Positions 8,686 through 18,075 of a stretch of 64,000 nucleotides of DNA are shown here, in pieces; position 1 is the first letter of the stretch, and each line of letters starts with the position of its first letter. The DNA comes from Acidimicrobiales bacterium (GTDB lineage Bacteria; Actinomycetota; Acidimicrobiia; Acidimicrobiales; Aldehydirespiratoraceae): the NCBI GenBank assembly GCA_041394245.1, contig JAWKIR010000002.1, positions 1,412,305 through 1,476,304 of the forward strand, in the 5' to 3' direction. The position numbers and the translations under genes are program-made. The notes beneath the pieces are model-generated. The model saw nothing but the letters and a program-made list of their open reading frames with translations, was not told the origin of the DNA and ran no database searches.

Positions 8686-10241
8686 GTACGGAGGATACGG
8701 GAGACAACCCCCGCCCGGTGCGGCGCGGCATCGACGCGGGGATTCGACAGCTCCAGCGCCTCGTCGACCACGGCACCGCGCCGGATCGCCCGATAGTCCT
8801 TGAGGTAGCTCTGATGCACCCGCCACGGCGCCTTCCACCCCTGCCGCGGGAAGAGGTGGGCCGATCGTTGGACATAGCCCGCGGTGAGACCGAGTACCGG
8901 CTCGGACGAGACACTGCGGTCGTGGTTGCGCGGGGTTGCCTGGGCCTTTCCCTGCGCCCGCATCTCGGCGAGGAGACGGGGCACGTACTCACAGGTGAGA
9001 TCGCACTTCAACGTCCACGACGCGTTGGTGTAGCCCACCGCGATCGCGAGGTTGGGCACACCCTCGAGCATCATCCCCCGATACAGCAGCCGCGACGAGA
9101 GGTCGACGACCCCACCGTCGACGACGACCTGCGTCCCGCCCAGGAAGAGCAGCTCGAGCCCGGTCGCGGTCACGACGATGTCGGCCGGCAACTCGATACC
9201 CGAACGCAGGCGGACACCGGTCGCCGTGAAGCGGTCGATCTCGTCGGTCACGACGGACACGTCGCCACGACGGATCGCCGCGAACAGCGTGCCGTCGGGA
9301 TCGGCGCAGAGGCGCTGGTCCCACGGGTCGTAGCGGGGTGTGAAGTGTGTGGCGATGTCGTAGCCGTCGGGCAGCTCGCGTTCGACGCCCTTCAGCAACA
9401 GCGATCGCACCAACTTCGGGAAGCGACGGGCGAAGCGGAAGAAGCCCTGCGAACCCAGCGCCGCGAACCAACGGACCGCAGGCCCCGACCAGCGGTCGGG
9501 CACCACCTTCTCGAGCCTGCCCACGATGGGGTTCTTGTAGGGGACGGCCGCGATGTAGGTGGGCGATCGTTGCAGCATGGTGACGTGGTCGGCCCGGTGG
9601 GTGCTCGCCGGATCGACGAGGGCCGGCACGAGGGTGACGGCGGTCGCGCCACTCCCGATGACGACGACACGGGCCCCCGACGCATCGAAGTCCTCGGGCC
9701 AGAACTGGGGATGGATCACCTGCCCCGAATAGTCTTCGAGGCCGTCGAAGTCGGGGGTGTGTCCCCGGTCGTAGCGGTAGTAGCCGGTGCACGACACGAC
9801 GAAACCGCAGGTGAGGGTGATCCGCCGGTCGGTGCCGACCTCGACCGCCGTCACGTTCCAGCAGGCCTCGGGGGTCGACCACTCGAGGGCGATCACCCGC
9901 AGGCCGAAGCGGATCTTCTCGTCGATCCCGTGTTCGGCTGCTGCGTCGACGATGTAGGCGAGGATGTCGTCGCCGTCGGCGATCGCCTTCTCGCCACGCC
10001 ATGGGCGCCACGGGTAGCCCAGCGTGTACATGTCGCTGTCGGAGCGGACACCCGGGTAGCGGAACAGATCCCACGTACCCCCGATCGCGTCGCGCGCCTC
10101 GAAGATCGCATAGGACAGGTCGGGGTCCGCCGCCTGCAGGTGATAGCCCGCGTCGATGCCGGACAGACCGGCCCCGATGACGAGGACATCCAGGTGTTCG
10201 GGGACGGCCGAGTGTTCGGGCGATGCGACCGTCTCGCTCAT
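8682..10241 (-). CDS. FAD-containing monooxygenase, EthA-like (type I Baeyer-Villiger/flavin monooxygenase)
   Basis: VLVIGAGLSGI Rossmann motif, GGTWDLFRYPG, a second VVVIGSGATAV motif. ATGA overlaps on both sides. Confidence 0.85.
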   Translation of the reverse strand: MSETVASPEHSAVPEHLDVLVIGAGLSGIDAGYHLQAADPDLSYAIFEARDAIGGTWDLFRYPGVRSDSDMYTLGYPWRPWRGEKAIADGDDILAYIVDAAAEHGIDEKIRFGLRVIALEWSTPEACWNVTAVEVGTDRRITLTCGFVVSCTGYYRYDRGHTPDFDGLEDYSGQVIHPQFWPEDFDASGARVVVIGSGATAVTLVPALVDPASTHRADHVTMLQRSPTYIAAVPYKNPIVGRLEKVVPDRWSGPAVRWFAALGSQGFFRFARRFPKLVRSLLLKGVERELPDGYDIATHFTPRYDPWDQRLCADPDGTLFAAIRRGDVSVVTDEIDRFTATGVRLRSGIELPADIVVTATGLELLFLGGTQVVVDGGVVDLSSRLLYRGMMLEGVPNLAIAVGYTNASWTLKCDLTCEYVPRLLAEMRAQGKAQATPRNHDRSVSSEPVLGLTAGYVQRSAHLFPRQGWKAPWRVHQSYLKDYRAIRRGAVVDEALELSNPRVDAAPHRAGVVSRILRT

Positions 10242-11134
10242 GCAGCCCCGGCGAGCATGTGGTTGAGTCGACCCTCGGCGCCGAACAACTCGTCTCGCCA
10301 GGCCTCGAGCAGTTCGTCGGTGTCGTGGTCGTCGGGGTGGAAGTCGCTGCGGTTGTAGTCGCGCAGGCGGCGCCACACGTCCTTGGTGAACATCGGGCTC
10401 TTGCGCAGCCGCCGGACGCTTGCCCGAAGGCGACCACGCCGGTAGGTCTCACGATCCCACAGCAGCGACAGGAAGACATTGAACGAGACCGCCCAGATGA
10501 AGCTCACCGTGATCAGGTTCATCTGCATCTTCCGGGTGCGCTCCGAACCGCCGACCGCCTTGTAGACGTCGAACGCGACCGCCTTGTGCTCGCATTCCTC
10601 GAGCGCGTGCCACAAGAACACGTCGCGCAACTCGGGCGTGCCCAGCTGCTCGCGTACCTCCTCGTTGCTCAGCAGCAACTCGGCGAGGGTGGCCGTGTAG
10701 TGCTCGAGCGCAGCGGTCGCCGCGAGATTGGCGATCGGCGAGGCCAGCCGATCCCTCACCCGGAGGCCGAAGCGGACCGAGCGCTCGATGCGCTTGGTCG
10801 GGTAGCCGAGTTCGGCCAGGCGGTCGTTGAGCACGCGGTGCTCCCTGCCGTGCACTGCTTCCTGCCCGATGAATCCGGCGACGTCGCGCTGCAGCGCCGG
10901 GTCGTCGATCCGGTCGCGGAAGTTGCGCACGGAGCGGACGAAGAAGTCCTCGCCGTCGGGGAACAGGGCGGAGAGGACGGCAGCGAGATGGCTGGCGATG
11001 AGGTCGTCATCGCCGGCGAAGTGCTTGGGGAGCGCCGCGAGCGACTCGTCGAACGAGATGCGGCGAGTGGGCACCGCCCGAGCCGGCGCGGTCTTCGCTG
11101 TGGGCACTGGGGTCGTGGTGGGCACTGTGGTCAT
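10238..11134 (-). CDS. predicted metal-dependent hydrolase (PF10118-like)
   Basis: Start MTTVPTTT (cat at 11132-11134) behind GGAGCCGGAG. ..QEAVHGREH.. and ..LEECEHKAVAFDVY.. His/Glu-rich motifs. Confidence 0.6.
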   Translation of the reverse strand: MTTVPTTTPVPTAKTAPARAVPTRRISFDESLAALPKHFAGDDDLIASHLAAVLSALFPDGEDFFVRSVRNFRDRIDDPALQRDVAGFIGQEAVHGREHRVLNDRLAELGYPTKRIERSVRFGLRVRDRLASPIANLAATAALEHYTATLAELLLSNEEVREQLGTPELRDVFLWHALEECEHKAVAFDVYKAVGGSERTRKMQMNLITVSFIWAVSFNVFLSLLWDRETYRRGRLRASVRRLRKSPMFTKDVWRRLRDYNRSDFHPDDHDTDELLEAWRDELFGAEGRLNHMLAGAA

Positions 11135-11217
11135 GGTGAGCTCCGGCTCCTGGGGAACGTGTCTGCGGATGGCGATTGGGGGATCGCGCGGCGAACGCCG
11201 CCTCGACAACCTACACG

Positions 11218-11255
11218 AATTGAGAGATTTACTCAATCCCTCAATCTGTTATGCT
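11218..11255. promoter_or_regulatory. candidate TetR operator plus extended -10 for a leaderless tetR transcript
   Basis: AT-rich island AATTGAGAGATTTACTCAATCCCTCAATC. ATTGAG (11219-24) is inverted relative to CTCAAT (11232-37), and a second direct CTCAAT lies at 11240-45. TGtTATGCT (11247-55) ends 6 nt before the tetR ATG. Confidence 0.45.
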
Positions 11256-11261
11256 CGTCAC

Positions 11262-11897
11262 ATGTCTCTCGCCCTCGGCCGCGACACTGGATTCGTGACG
11301 ATCACCGATCCCCCGACCGAGAAGGGCGCCCAGACCCGCGACGCGATCCTCACCGTGGCGATCGCCCGCTTCGGGCGCGACGGGTACCGGGCCACATCCG
11401 TTGCCGACATCGCCCGCGACGCCAACGTCAGCGGCACCCTCGCCTACGCCTACTTCGACAACAAGCGGGCACTCTTCCTCGCCGCCCTCGACGCCGACAT
11501 CGCCGCCCTCATCGAGGAAGGGGTGTCGTCGGTGCTCGAGACGCCCGGAGACCAGACCTGGCGAGACTCGCTGGTCTTCACCCTCATCGAGGCCCTCGAC
11601 CGGCGGCCGCTCGCCCGCCGGATGCTCGCCGGCCTCGAGCCCGAGGTCGCCGATCGCATCGTCGAACTTCCGGCGATGGAGGAGCTCCGATCGGCGGTCG
11701 CCGCTCGCCTCCGCGCCGATCAGGGCGTCGGACTGGTGCGAGCCGACATCGATGCCGAGACGATCGGGCACGGCATCGTCGGCATCTTCATCACGATGCT
11801 GCTCGCCGCCGTGCAGTTCGGTGCCGACGCCGGCGCGGCCCACGGACGCGAGATGCTCGCCGTCATCGAGGCCGCCGTCGATCCCCTTCCCCGCTGA
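11262..11897 (+). CDS. TetR/AcrR family transcriptional regulator
   Basis: HTH region [41 protein letters not shown]. Divergent from the EthA-like operon. Confidence 0.85.
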   Translation: MSLALGRDTGFVTITDPPTEKGAQTRDAILTVAIARFGRDGYRATSVADIARDANVSGTLAYAYFDNKRALFLAALDADIAALIEEGVSSVLETPGDQTWRDSLVFTLIEALDRRPLARRMLAGLEPEVADRIVELPAMEELRSAVAARLRADQGVGLVRADIDAETIGHGIVGIFITMLLAAVQFGADAGAAHGREMLAVIEAAVDPLPR

Positions 11898-12015
11898 GCC
11901 CAACCGGACCCGCAGCCGACACCGCGCACGCACGGCAACCGCCGGTGCGACCACGAGGCGCCGGTGCTGTCAGACTCCGGATGTCCGCCCCATCCACCGA
12001 CCCGCAGTGAGCGCC

Positions 12016-13800
12016 ATGTCTTCAGATTCCGACGCCATCGACCCCGTCGCCGAAGCCCGCGAGCGATACGAGCGCGAGCGTGAGAAGCGCGTGCGCGACG
12101 ACGGACTCGCGCAGTACAAGGAGTTCACCGGCGACTACGCGGACTTCGACCGCGACCCCTGGGTCGTTCCGGGCTTCACGCGCGAACCGGTCGTCGAGGA
12201 ACGCCTCGCCCTCATCGTCGGTGCCGGCTTCGGCGGCATGCTCACCTCGGTCGAGCTGACCCGGCTGGGCATCCGCGACTTCCGCATCATCGACAAAGCG
12301 GGCGACTTCGGCGGCACCTGGTACTGGAACCGCTACCCGGGCTGCATGTGCGACGTCGAGTCCTACACCTACATGCCGCTGCTCGAGGAGACGGGCTACA
12401 TGCCCACCGAGAAGTACGCCAGCGCCACCGAGATCTTCGAGCACTGCCAGCGGATCGGTCGCCACTTCGACCTCTACGACCATGCCCTCTTCCAGACGGA
12501 GATGGAAACGGCCGAGTGGGACGACGACGCCGAGCACTGGAACATCACGACCACCCGCGGCGACCGCATCGCGGCGAAGTTCCTGATCACCGCCGGCGGC
12601 ATCCTCCACAAGGCGAAGCTGCCCGGCATCGAAGGCATCGAGACCTTCGCCGGACGGTCGTTCCACACCGCCCGCTGGGACTACTCCTACACCGGCGGCA
12701 GCGCGACGACGCCGATGGACAAGCTCGCCGACAAGACGGTCGGCATCATCGGTACCGGTGCGACGGCGGTCCAGGTCGTCCCCCAGCTGGCCCGCACCGC
12801 GAAGGACGTCTACGTCTTCCAGCGGACACCGTCCGCGGTCGGGGTGCGCAACAACGGCCCGACCGACGTGGAGTGGTTCTCGAGCCTCGAGCCGGGTTGG
12901 CAGGAGGAGCGCATGCGCAACTTCACGGCGGCGGTCACCGGCGAGAAGCCCGAGCAGGACCTCGTCGGCGACGGCTGGACCCGCATTCTCTGGGAGAACA
13001 CCAACATCCAGGCCGAGAGCCCCGAGCAACGCCGCGAACTCGACCAGGCCGACTTCGAGGTCATGGCGGAACTCCGCCAGCGGGTCGAGGACACCGTCCA
13101 CGATCCCGAGACGGCCGAGAAGCTCAAGCCCTGGTACGGCAAGCACTGCAAGCGGGTCTGCTTCCACGACGACTACCTGGCCGCGTTCAACGAGCCCAAC
13201 GTGCACCTCGTCGACACCGACGGCCGGGGCGTGCGCGAGATCGGTCCGGCCGGGCCCATCGTCGACGGCAAGCAGTACGACCTCGACCTGCTGATCTTCG
13301 CCTCCGGCTTCGAGGTGACCACCGGCCTGGTGCGCAGGCTGGGGTTCGACCCGGTCGGCCGCAACGGCACGCGGCTGAGCGAACGATGGGGCGACGGCGC
13401 CCACACCCTGCACGGCATCCTCACCGCGGACTTCCCGAACATGTTGGTCATCAGCACCGTGCAGGCCGGCTTCGGCACCAACTTCGTCCATTTCCTGTCC
13501 GAGTCGGCCCGTCATGTGGCGTGGATCGTGGCCACATGCGAGTCGGAGGGAATCGCCTCGATCGAGGCGACCGTCGAGGCCGAGGACGAGTGGCTGTCGG
13601 TGCTGCACGGCGTGGCCATGGGTCTCGCCGAGTATTCCCTGACCTGCACGCCGGGCTACTACAACAGCGAGGGCAGCTTCACCCCGGAGGGTGCCCGCAA
13701 TCTCGTCTACCCCGGAAGCCTGATGCACTACGCCGGCTATCTCCAGCGCTGGCGCGAATCCGGCGACATGGCGGGAACCCGCCTGACGCACACGTCCTGA
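12016..13800 (+). CDS. Baeyer-Villiger monooxygenase (cyclohexanone/phenylacetone monooxygenase-like)
   Basis: [23 protein letters not shown] fingerprint [12 protein letters not shown], second GTGATAVQ motif. Start MSSDSD at 12016. Confidence 0.85.
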   Translation: MSSDSDAIDPVAEARERYEREREKRVRDDGLAQYKEFTGDYADFDRDPWVVPGFTREPVVEERLALIVGAGFGGMLTSVELTRLGIRDFRIIDKAGDFGGTWYWNRYPGCMCDVESYTYMPLLEETGYMPTEKYASATEIFEHCQRIGRHFDLYDHALFQTEMETAEWDDDAEHWNITTTRGDRIAAKFLITAGGILHKAKLPGIEGIETFAGRSFHTARWDYSYTGGSATTPMDKLADKTVGIIGTGATAVQVVPQLARTAKDVYVFQRTPSAVGVRNNGPTDVEWFSSLEPGWQEERMRNFTAAVTGEKPEQDLVGDGWTRILWENTNIQAESPEQRRELDQADFEVMAELRQRVEDTVHDPETAEKLKPWYGKHCKRVCFHDDYLAAFNEPNVHLVDTDGRGVREIGPAGPIVDGKQYDLDLLIFASGFEVTTGLVRRLGFDPVGRNGTRLSERWGDGAHTLHGILTADFPNMLVISTVQAGFGTNFVHFLSESARHVAWIVATCESEGIASIEATVEAEDEWLSVLHGVAMGLAEYSLTCTPGYYNSEGSFTPEGARNLVYPGSLMHYAGYLQRWRESGDMAGTRLTHTS

Positions 13801-13803
13801 TCT

Positions 13804-13825
13804 CCGACCGACGATCTCGGGTCGG
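13804..13825 (+). terminator. weak stem-loop after the BVMO gene
   Basis: CCGACCGA / TCGGGTCGG (one bulge) with loop CGATC. No U-tract. Confidence 0.3.
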
Positions 13826-13898
13826 CAATCTCCTAAATGATTGCACCTTAGGTTCGTCGTGCTACGTTGTCGGCGTCTTCGGAGGGGAGGGGGGGTCC

Positions 13899-14717
13899 TT
13901 GCAGCCTGACGATGCAGAGCAGGATTCGCGGCTCGGCGACAAGATCATCGCGAACGGAGTCCACCGCTACTTCGGCGGCGCCGGGTCCGAACGGATCCAT
14001 GCGATGGGTCCGGTCGACCTGACGATCCGCGACGGCGAGTTCGTGTGTCTCGTCGGACCATCGGGCTGCGGCAAGTCGACGTTCCTGCGCATGGTCGCCG
14101 GCTTGATCGGACCGAGCGAAGGCTCCGTCGAACTCTCGACCCGCTCCGACACCCAGTCGACGGCGATGGTGTTCCAGGACTATTCGATCTTCCCGTGGAA
14201 GCGGGTGATCGACAACGCCCGCTACGGCCTCGACATCCAGGGCGTGAAGAAGAAGGAAGGCAACGAACGGGCGCTCGCGTACCTCGAGAAGCTGGGGCTC
14301 GGCGAACGGGCCCGGTCGTGGCCGCACACGCTCTCGGGCGGCATGAAGCAGCGGGTGGCCATCGCCCGCGCACTCGCCGTCGAACCACAGATCCTGTTGA
14401 TGGACGAGCCGTTCGCCGCCCTCGATGCCCAGATGCGCCAGATCCTCCAGGACGAGCTCCTCGCCCTCTGGCAGGCAGACCGCCGGACCGTGCTGTTCAT
14501 CACCCACAGTCTCGAAGAGGCCGTGCTTCTCGGCGACCGCGTCCTCGTGATGTCGTCGCGCCCGGGCCGGATCATCGCCGACATCTCGGTGCCGTTCGAG
14601 CGGCCCCGCAGCAACGAGATCCGGGACAGTCCCGAATTCGCGGCGATGACCAGTCAGCTCTGGCGACTCCTGCGCGCCGAAGTCGAGCCCGACCGAGAGG
14701 AGACCGTCGAGCCATGA
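13899..14717 (+). CDS. ABC transporter ATP-binding protein (NitT/TauT nitrate/sulfonate/bicarbonate type)
   Basis: TTG start behind GGAGGGGAGGGGGGG. Walker A GPSGCGKST, signature LSGGMKQR, Walker B LLMDEP. Confidence 0.85.
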   Translation: MQPDDAEQDSRLGDKIIANGVHRYFGGAGSERIHAMGPVDLTIRDGEFVCLVGPSGCGKSTFLRMVAGLIGPSEGSVELSTRSDTQSTAMVFQDYSIFPWKRVIDNARYGLDIQGVKKKEGNERALAYLEKLGLGERARSWPHTLSGGMKQRVAIARALAVEPQILLMDEPFAALDAQMRQILQDELLALWQADRRTVLFITHSLEEAVLLGDRVLVMSSRPGRIIADISVPFERPRSNEIRDSPEFAAMTSQLWRLLRAEVEPDREETVEP

Positions 14718-15610
14718 GCGACGATCCCGTGCAAGCCGCACGCGCCGAACTCACCACCCATTCCCTCGAGCGGGTCGTGCGGGTGCCCTCACCGGCCGAC
14801 CGCGACCCCAACAAGTACCTGCGCCGGCGCCGCATCATCGAGACCACCCTCGCCGTCGCATTCCCGGTGCTGATCCTGACCCTGTGGCAGGTTGCCGCCT
14901 CGGCCGAGTGGATCGACCGCCGCTTCTATCCACCGCCGAGCGACATCGCCGGCGAGATCGGCCGCACCTTCAAGGAGAACCCGAAGGGCAACTGGTGGGT
15001 CGACATCGGGATCAGTGTCCGCCGCATGCTCTGGGGCTACGGCTGGGGTGTGTTCTTCGGCCTCCTGTTCGGCGTCACGATGGGCACGTTCCGCACCCTG
15101 CGGGTCACGCTCGAACCGACGCTCAACGCTCTCTACACCGTGCCGAAGCTCGCCCTCATCGGCATCTTCCTCATCGTGCTCGGATTCGACGACAAGCCGC
15201 TCATCGCCGTCATCGCCGTCACGGTGTTCTTCTTCGTCTGGATCCAGTCGATGGCCGCAGTGCTCGCGGTGTCGGACCAGCTCCAGGAGACGGCGAAGTC
15301 GTTCGGGAGTTCCCGCCTGCAGACGTTCCGCCACGTGATCCTGCCGGCCTCGCTCCCCCAGATCTTCCTCGGCCTGCGGGTGGCGGCCGGGGTGGCGGTG
15401 CTGACCCTCATCGGCGTGGAGTTCGTCTTCTCGCCGGGGCTCCAGGGCATCGGCTATCGGATCAACAACGCCCGCACCGTGCTCGATCCACTCCAGGCCT
15501 ACGTCGGACTCTTCGTCGCCGCGGTCCTCGGGGTGCTGTTCGTCGCGGTGATCCAGTTCCTGTCCAGGTTGGCAACACCCTGGGCATCCAATGACCGATC
15601 CGTCCTGTGA
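14714..15610 (+). CDS. ABC transporter permease (NitT/TauT type)
   Basis: ATGA overlap with the ATPase gene. Multiple TM segments and a binding-protein-dependent permease layout. Confidence 0.8.
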   Translation: MSDDPVQAARAELTTHSLERVVRVPSPADRDPNKYLRRRRIIETTLAVAFPVLILTLWQVAASAEWIDRRFYPPPSDIAGEIGRTFKENPKGNWWVDIGISVRRMLWGYGWGVFFGLLFGVTMGTFRTLRVTLEPTLNALYTVPKLALIGIFLIVLGFDDKPLIAVIAVTVFFFVWIQSMAAVLAVSDQLQETAKSFGSSRLQTFRHVILPASLPQIFLGLRVAAGVAVLTLIGVEFVFSPGLQGIGYRINNARTVLDPLQAYVGLFVAAVLGVLFVAVIQFLSRLATPWASNDRSVL

Positions 15611-15687
15611 CGGTCCGGCGCCAGCAAGCAAGTCAGACAGAGAAAGACACGGACCATCCGGTCCGTTCCAACAGGGGGTTCCCATCC

Positions 15688-16962
15688 ATGAAACGCACTT
15701 CCAAAGCGCTCCGCCTCTTGGCGGTCGCACTCACATTGACCTTGGTCGCGGTCGCATGCGGTGACGATGCCGACGACTCGACGGCGACCGACAGCGGCGA
15801 CACCAGCGACAGCGGCGACACCGGTGACAGCGGTGACAGCGGCGACAGCGGCGACGACATGGACAGTGGCGACGACATGGACAGCGGCGACGACGACGGC
15901 GACGTCGACAGTGGCTTCGTCGAGGGGTGCAGCGAAGCATCGGTGACCGATCCGTCGATCATCGACCCGAGCCGCCAGGTCGCCCGTTGCGAGCCCGGGT
16001 TCCCGGCTCCCGTGCCGCTTCCCGAGCGGGAGACCGTCGTGGTCGCATCCGCGTTCCGCCTCGAGTTCAACTCACCGCTGCTCCTCGCGATCTCACAGGG
16101 TGAGTTCGACAAGGAGAACATCGACATCGAGTTCGTCAACATCGGCTACTCCGACGCGGTTCCCCAGATGGCGAGCGGCGACATCGACGTGGCCGTGGGC
16201 GGTATCGAGATCGCTCTGTTCAACGCCGGCAACCTCGGCCTCGACGTGCGAGCGACCCTCGGCAACTACTTCCCGCCGGATGCAGGCAACTACGACGTCG
16301 CCCAGACAGGTCTGTGGTGCCGCCGCGATGCCTTCTCGAACCCGGACGATCCTGACCTGCTGGAAGTCGCCGACCTGAAGTGGTCGTCGTCGGTCGGCAA
16401 GGGCTCCGTCTCGGTGTACTACAGCATCGCCGAGATCGAGCGTCAGACCGGTCAGGACCTCGACGTGACCGACACGGTGATCGAGGCCATCCCGAATGCC
16501 GACGCCCTGACGGCGCTGCAGAACAACGGCGTCCAGTGTGCCGTGCTGCTCGACCCGTTCTGGCTCGATGCCCAGCAGGACCCGAACTTCTTCCTTGCCG
16601 CGAGCCAGACCCCGGGTGAGCCCCTCGGTCAGTACTCCTTCGGCAAGCGGCTGCTCGAGAACCGTGAGCTCGGCGTGGCGTTCGCCCGTGCATTCATCCG
16701 TTCCGTGAACACCTACTACCAGGGCGACTACCACAGCGACGACGCCGTGATGGACCTGATCTCCGCCGAGATCGACCGGCCCGTCGACGACCTTCGTCTG
16801 GTTCCCTCACTCGTCATGGACTGGGAGATCCGTGAAGGCACGACGACTCGTGTCCAGGAGCTGTTCATCGACGGCGGAACGATCACCGAATTCGACACGC
16901 CCGTCGATGAGAGCCTGATCGTCGACCGCAGCTTCTACCTCGAGGCTGTCGGCGCGAGCTGA
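15688..16962 (+). CDS. ABC substrate-binding lipoprotein (NMT1/THI5-like, NitT/TauT family) with an acidic repeat linker
   Basis: ATG behind AGGGGG. Lipobox LVAVAC. Operon position after the permease. The fold assignment is weaker than for the ATPase and permease. Confidence 0.65.
   Translation: MKRTSKALRLLAVALTLTLVAVACGDDADDSTATDSGDTSDSGDTGDSGDSGDSGDDMDSGDDMDSGDDDGDVDSGFVEGCSEASVTDPSIIDPSRQVARCEPGFPAPVPLPERETVVVASAFRLEFNSPLLLAISQGEFDKENIDIEFVNIGYSDAVPQMASGDIDVAVGGIEIALFNAGNLGLDVRATLGNYFPPDAGNYDVAQTGLWCRRDAFSNPDDPDLLEVADLKWSSSVGKGSVSVYYSIAEIERQTGQDLDVTDTVIEAIPNADALTALQNNGVQCAVLLDPFWLDAQQDPNFFLAASQTPGEPLGQYSFGKRLLENRELGVAFARAFIRSVNTYYQGDYHSDDAVMDLISAEIDRPVDDLRLVPSLVMDWEIREGTTTRVQELFIDGGTITEFDTPVDESLIVDRSFYLEAVGAS
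15790..15915 (+). repeat. in-frame GACAGCGGCGAC-based tandem repeats encoding a (DSGD..)n linker
   Basis: Encodes DSGDTS DSGDTG DSG DSG DSGDDM DSGDDM DSGDDD GDVDSG. Nucleotide units are near-identical. Confidence 0.75.
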
Positions 16963-16997
16963 CGACTCCGGTAGCGGACAACCGAAGCAACACCGAA

Positions 16998-17031
16998 GGA
17001 ACTCCCCCGACCGATGCGTCGGGGGAGTTCC
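16998..17031. terminator. bidirectional stem-loop between convergent genes
   Basis: Perfect 14-bp stem GGAACTCCCCCGAC / GTCGGGGGAGTTCC with 6-nt loop CGATGC. Confidence 0.55.
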
Positions 17032-17055
17032 TCGCGTTGCGGGCGGGACGCGCCC

Positions 17056-17994
17056 TCAGCCGAGGCGCTCGTCGACCGCAGCGGCCGCTGCCATGCCGGA
17101 GAGGAAGGCACCCTCGACCTTGGGGCCGGCGAACGCCTCGCCGGCGAGGGCCACCACCGGTGCGCTGCCCCACACGACGGTGGGTTCCGGATGGACCTCG
17201 ACGGGACCCGCGTAGCGCCATCGCTGGACCTGGGCGGCAACGATCGATGCATCACCGAGCAGCGATCCGACCCGACCCGTCGCGAACGCCACGACATCGT
17301 CGTCGGTACGCCCCCAGTACTCGTGGCTGCGATCGTTCGACAGGTGCACCGTGAGCGCCGGAACGGGCGAGATCCCCTTGGCCTGGTTGTCGGTCAGGAA
17401 GGCGAGGTCGTCGCCCTCGGCGAACTGGCAGCCGCCGTGAGGCGGCATCGCGGTCGGTGCCCGATCGAGCGTGGCGAGGATCGCGATGGTCGGCTTGTAG
17501 GCGATCCCCGCGAGTCGCGTCGCCGTCGCCGGTTCGGGCAGCAGGCCGGAGAACGACAGGATCGCGAGGCTCTGGGGTACCGGGGCCGTGACGACGTAGG
17601 CATCGGCCGGATACTCGCGGACGTCGGCGACCATGCAGCCGAGCTCCGGCTCGATCCCTGCGTCGGTCGCCATCCACTTGCACAGCGACGTCATCCCCTC
17701 GGCGCCTCGCCAACGGGGATGGCCGTCGGGTGTCGCCTGAAAGCCGTGGGTCCACTCGATGACGGCACCGGCGAGCTTCGCCCGCTCGACCACCGCGGCG
17801 AACGCCGAGGAGCGCACGGTGAAGAACTGTGCGCCGTGATCGAAACGAGCGTCGCCGATCCGGCGGCTGGCCATCCGGCCACCGACACCCCGGGCCTTGT
17901 CCAGCACCCGAACCGAGTGCCCCTGGGCGCGCAACACGCGCGCTGCCGACAGTCCGGCAATGCCCGCGCCGATGACCACGACGTCGCTGCTCAT
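17056..17994 (-). CDS. NAD(P)/FAD-dependent oxidoreductase (renalase/amine-oxidase-like, COG3380 type)
   Basis: N-terminal VVVIGAGIAGLSAA..LDKARGVGGRM dinucleotide-binding motif. C-terminal GEAF..VEGAFLSG. Confidence 0.7.
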   Translation of the reverse strand: MSSDVVVIGAGIAGLSAARVLRAQGHSVRVLDKARGVGGRMASRRIGDARFDHGAQFFTVRSSAFAAVVERAKLAGAVIEWTHGFQATPDGHPRWRGAEGMTSLCKWMATDAGIEPELGCMVADVREYPADAYVVTAPVPQSLAILSFSGLLPEPATATRLAGIAYKPTIAILATLDRAPTAMPPHGGCQFAEGDDLAFLTDNQAKGISPVPALTVHLSNDRSHEYWGRTDDDVVAFATGRVGSLLGDASIVAAQVQRWRYAGPVEVHPEPTVVWGSAPVVALAGEAFAGPKVEGAFLSGMAAAAAVDERLG

Positions 17995-18075
17995 CCCGCC
18001 ACGCTAGGCGTCGCGTCGCGGATTCGGGACCGAGGTCCCTGGCCGATCGGGCCGGTCTGTGGCCCCACTGGGGAG

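Noticed and set aside
13801-13898. Possible TPP or other riboswitch upstream of the NMT1/THI5-like ABC importer, and a weak CCTAA-N11-TTAGG inverted repeat at 13832-13852.
   Set aside because: I found no CTGAGA/ACCCTT-type TPP core or other conserved riboswitch element. The region is only 98 nt, part of it is a terminator-like stem, and the inverted repeat is just 5 bp.
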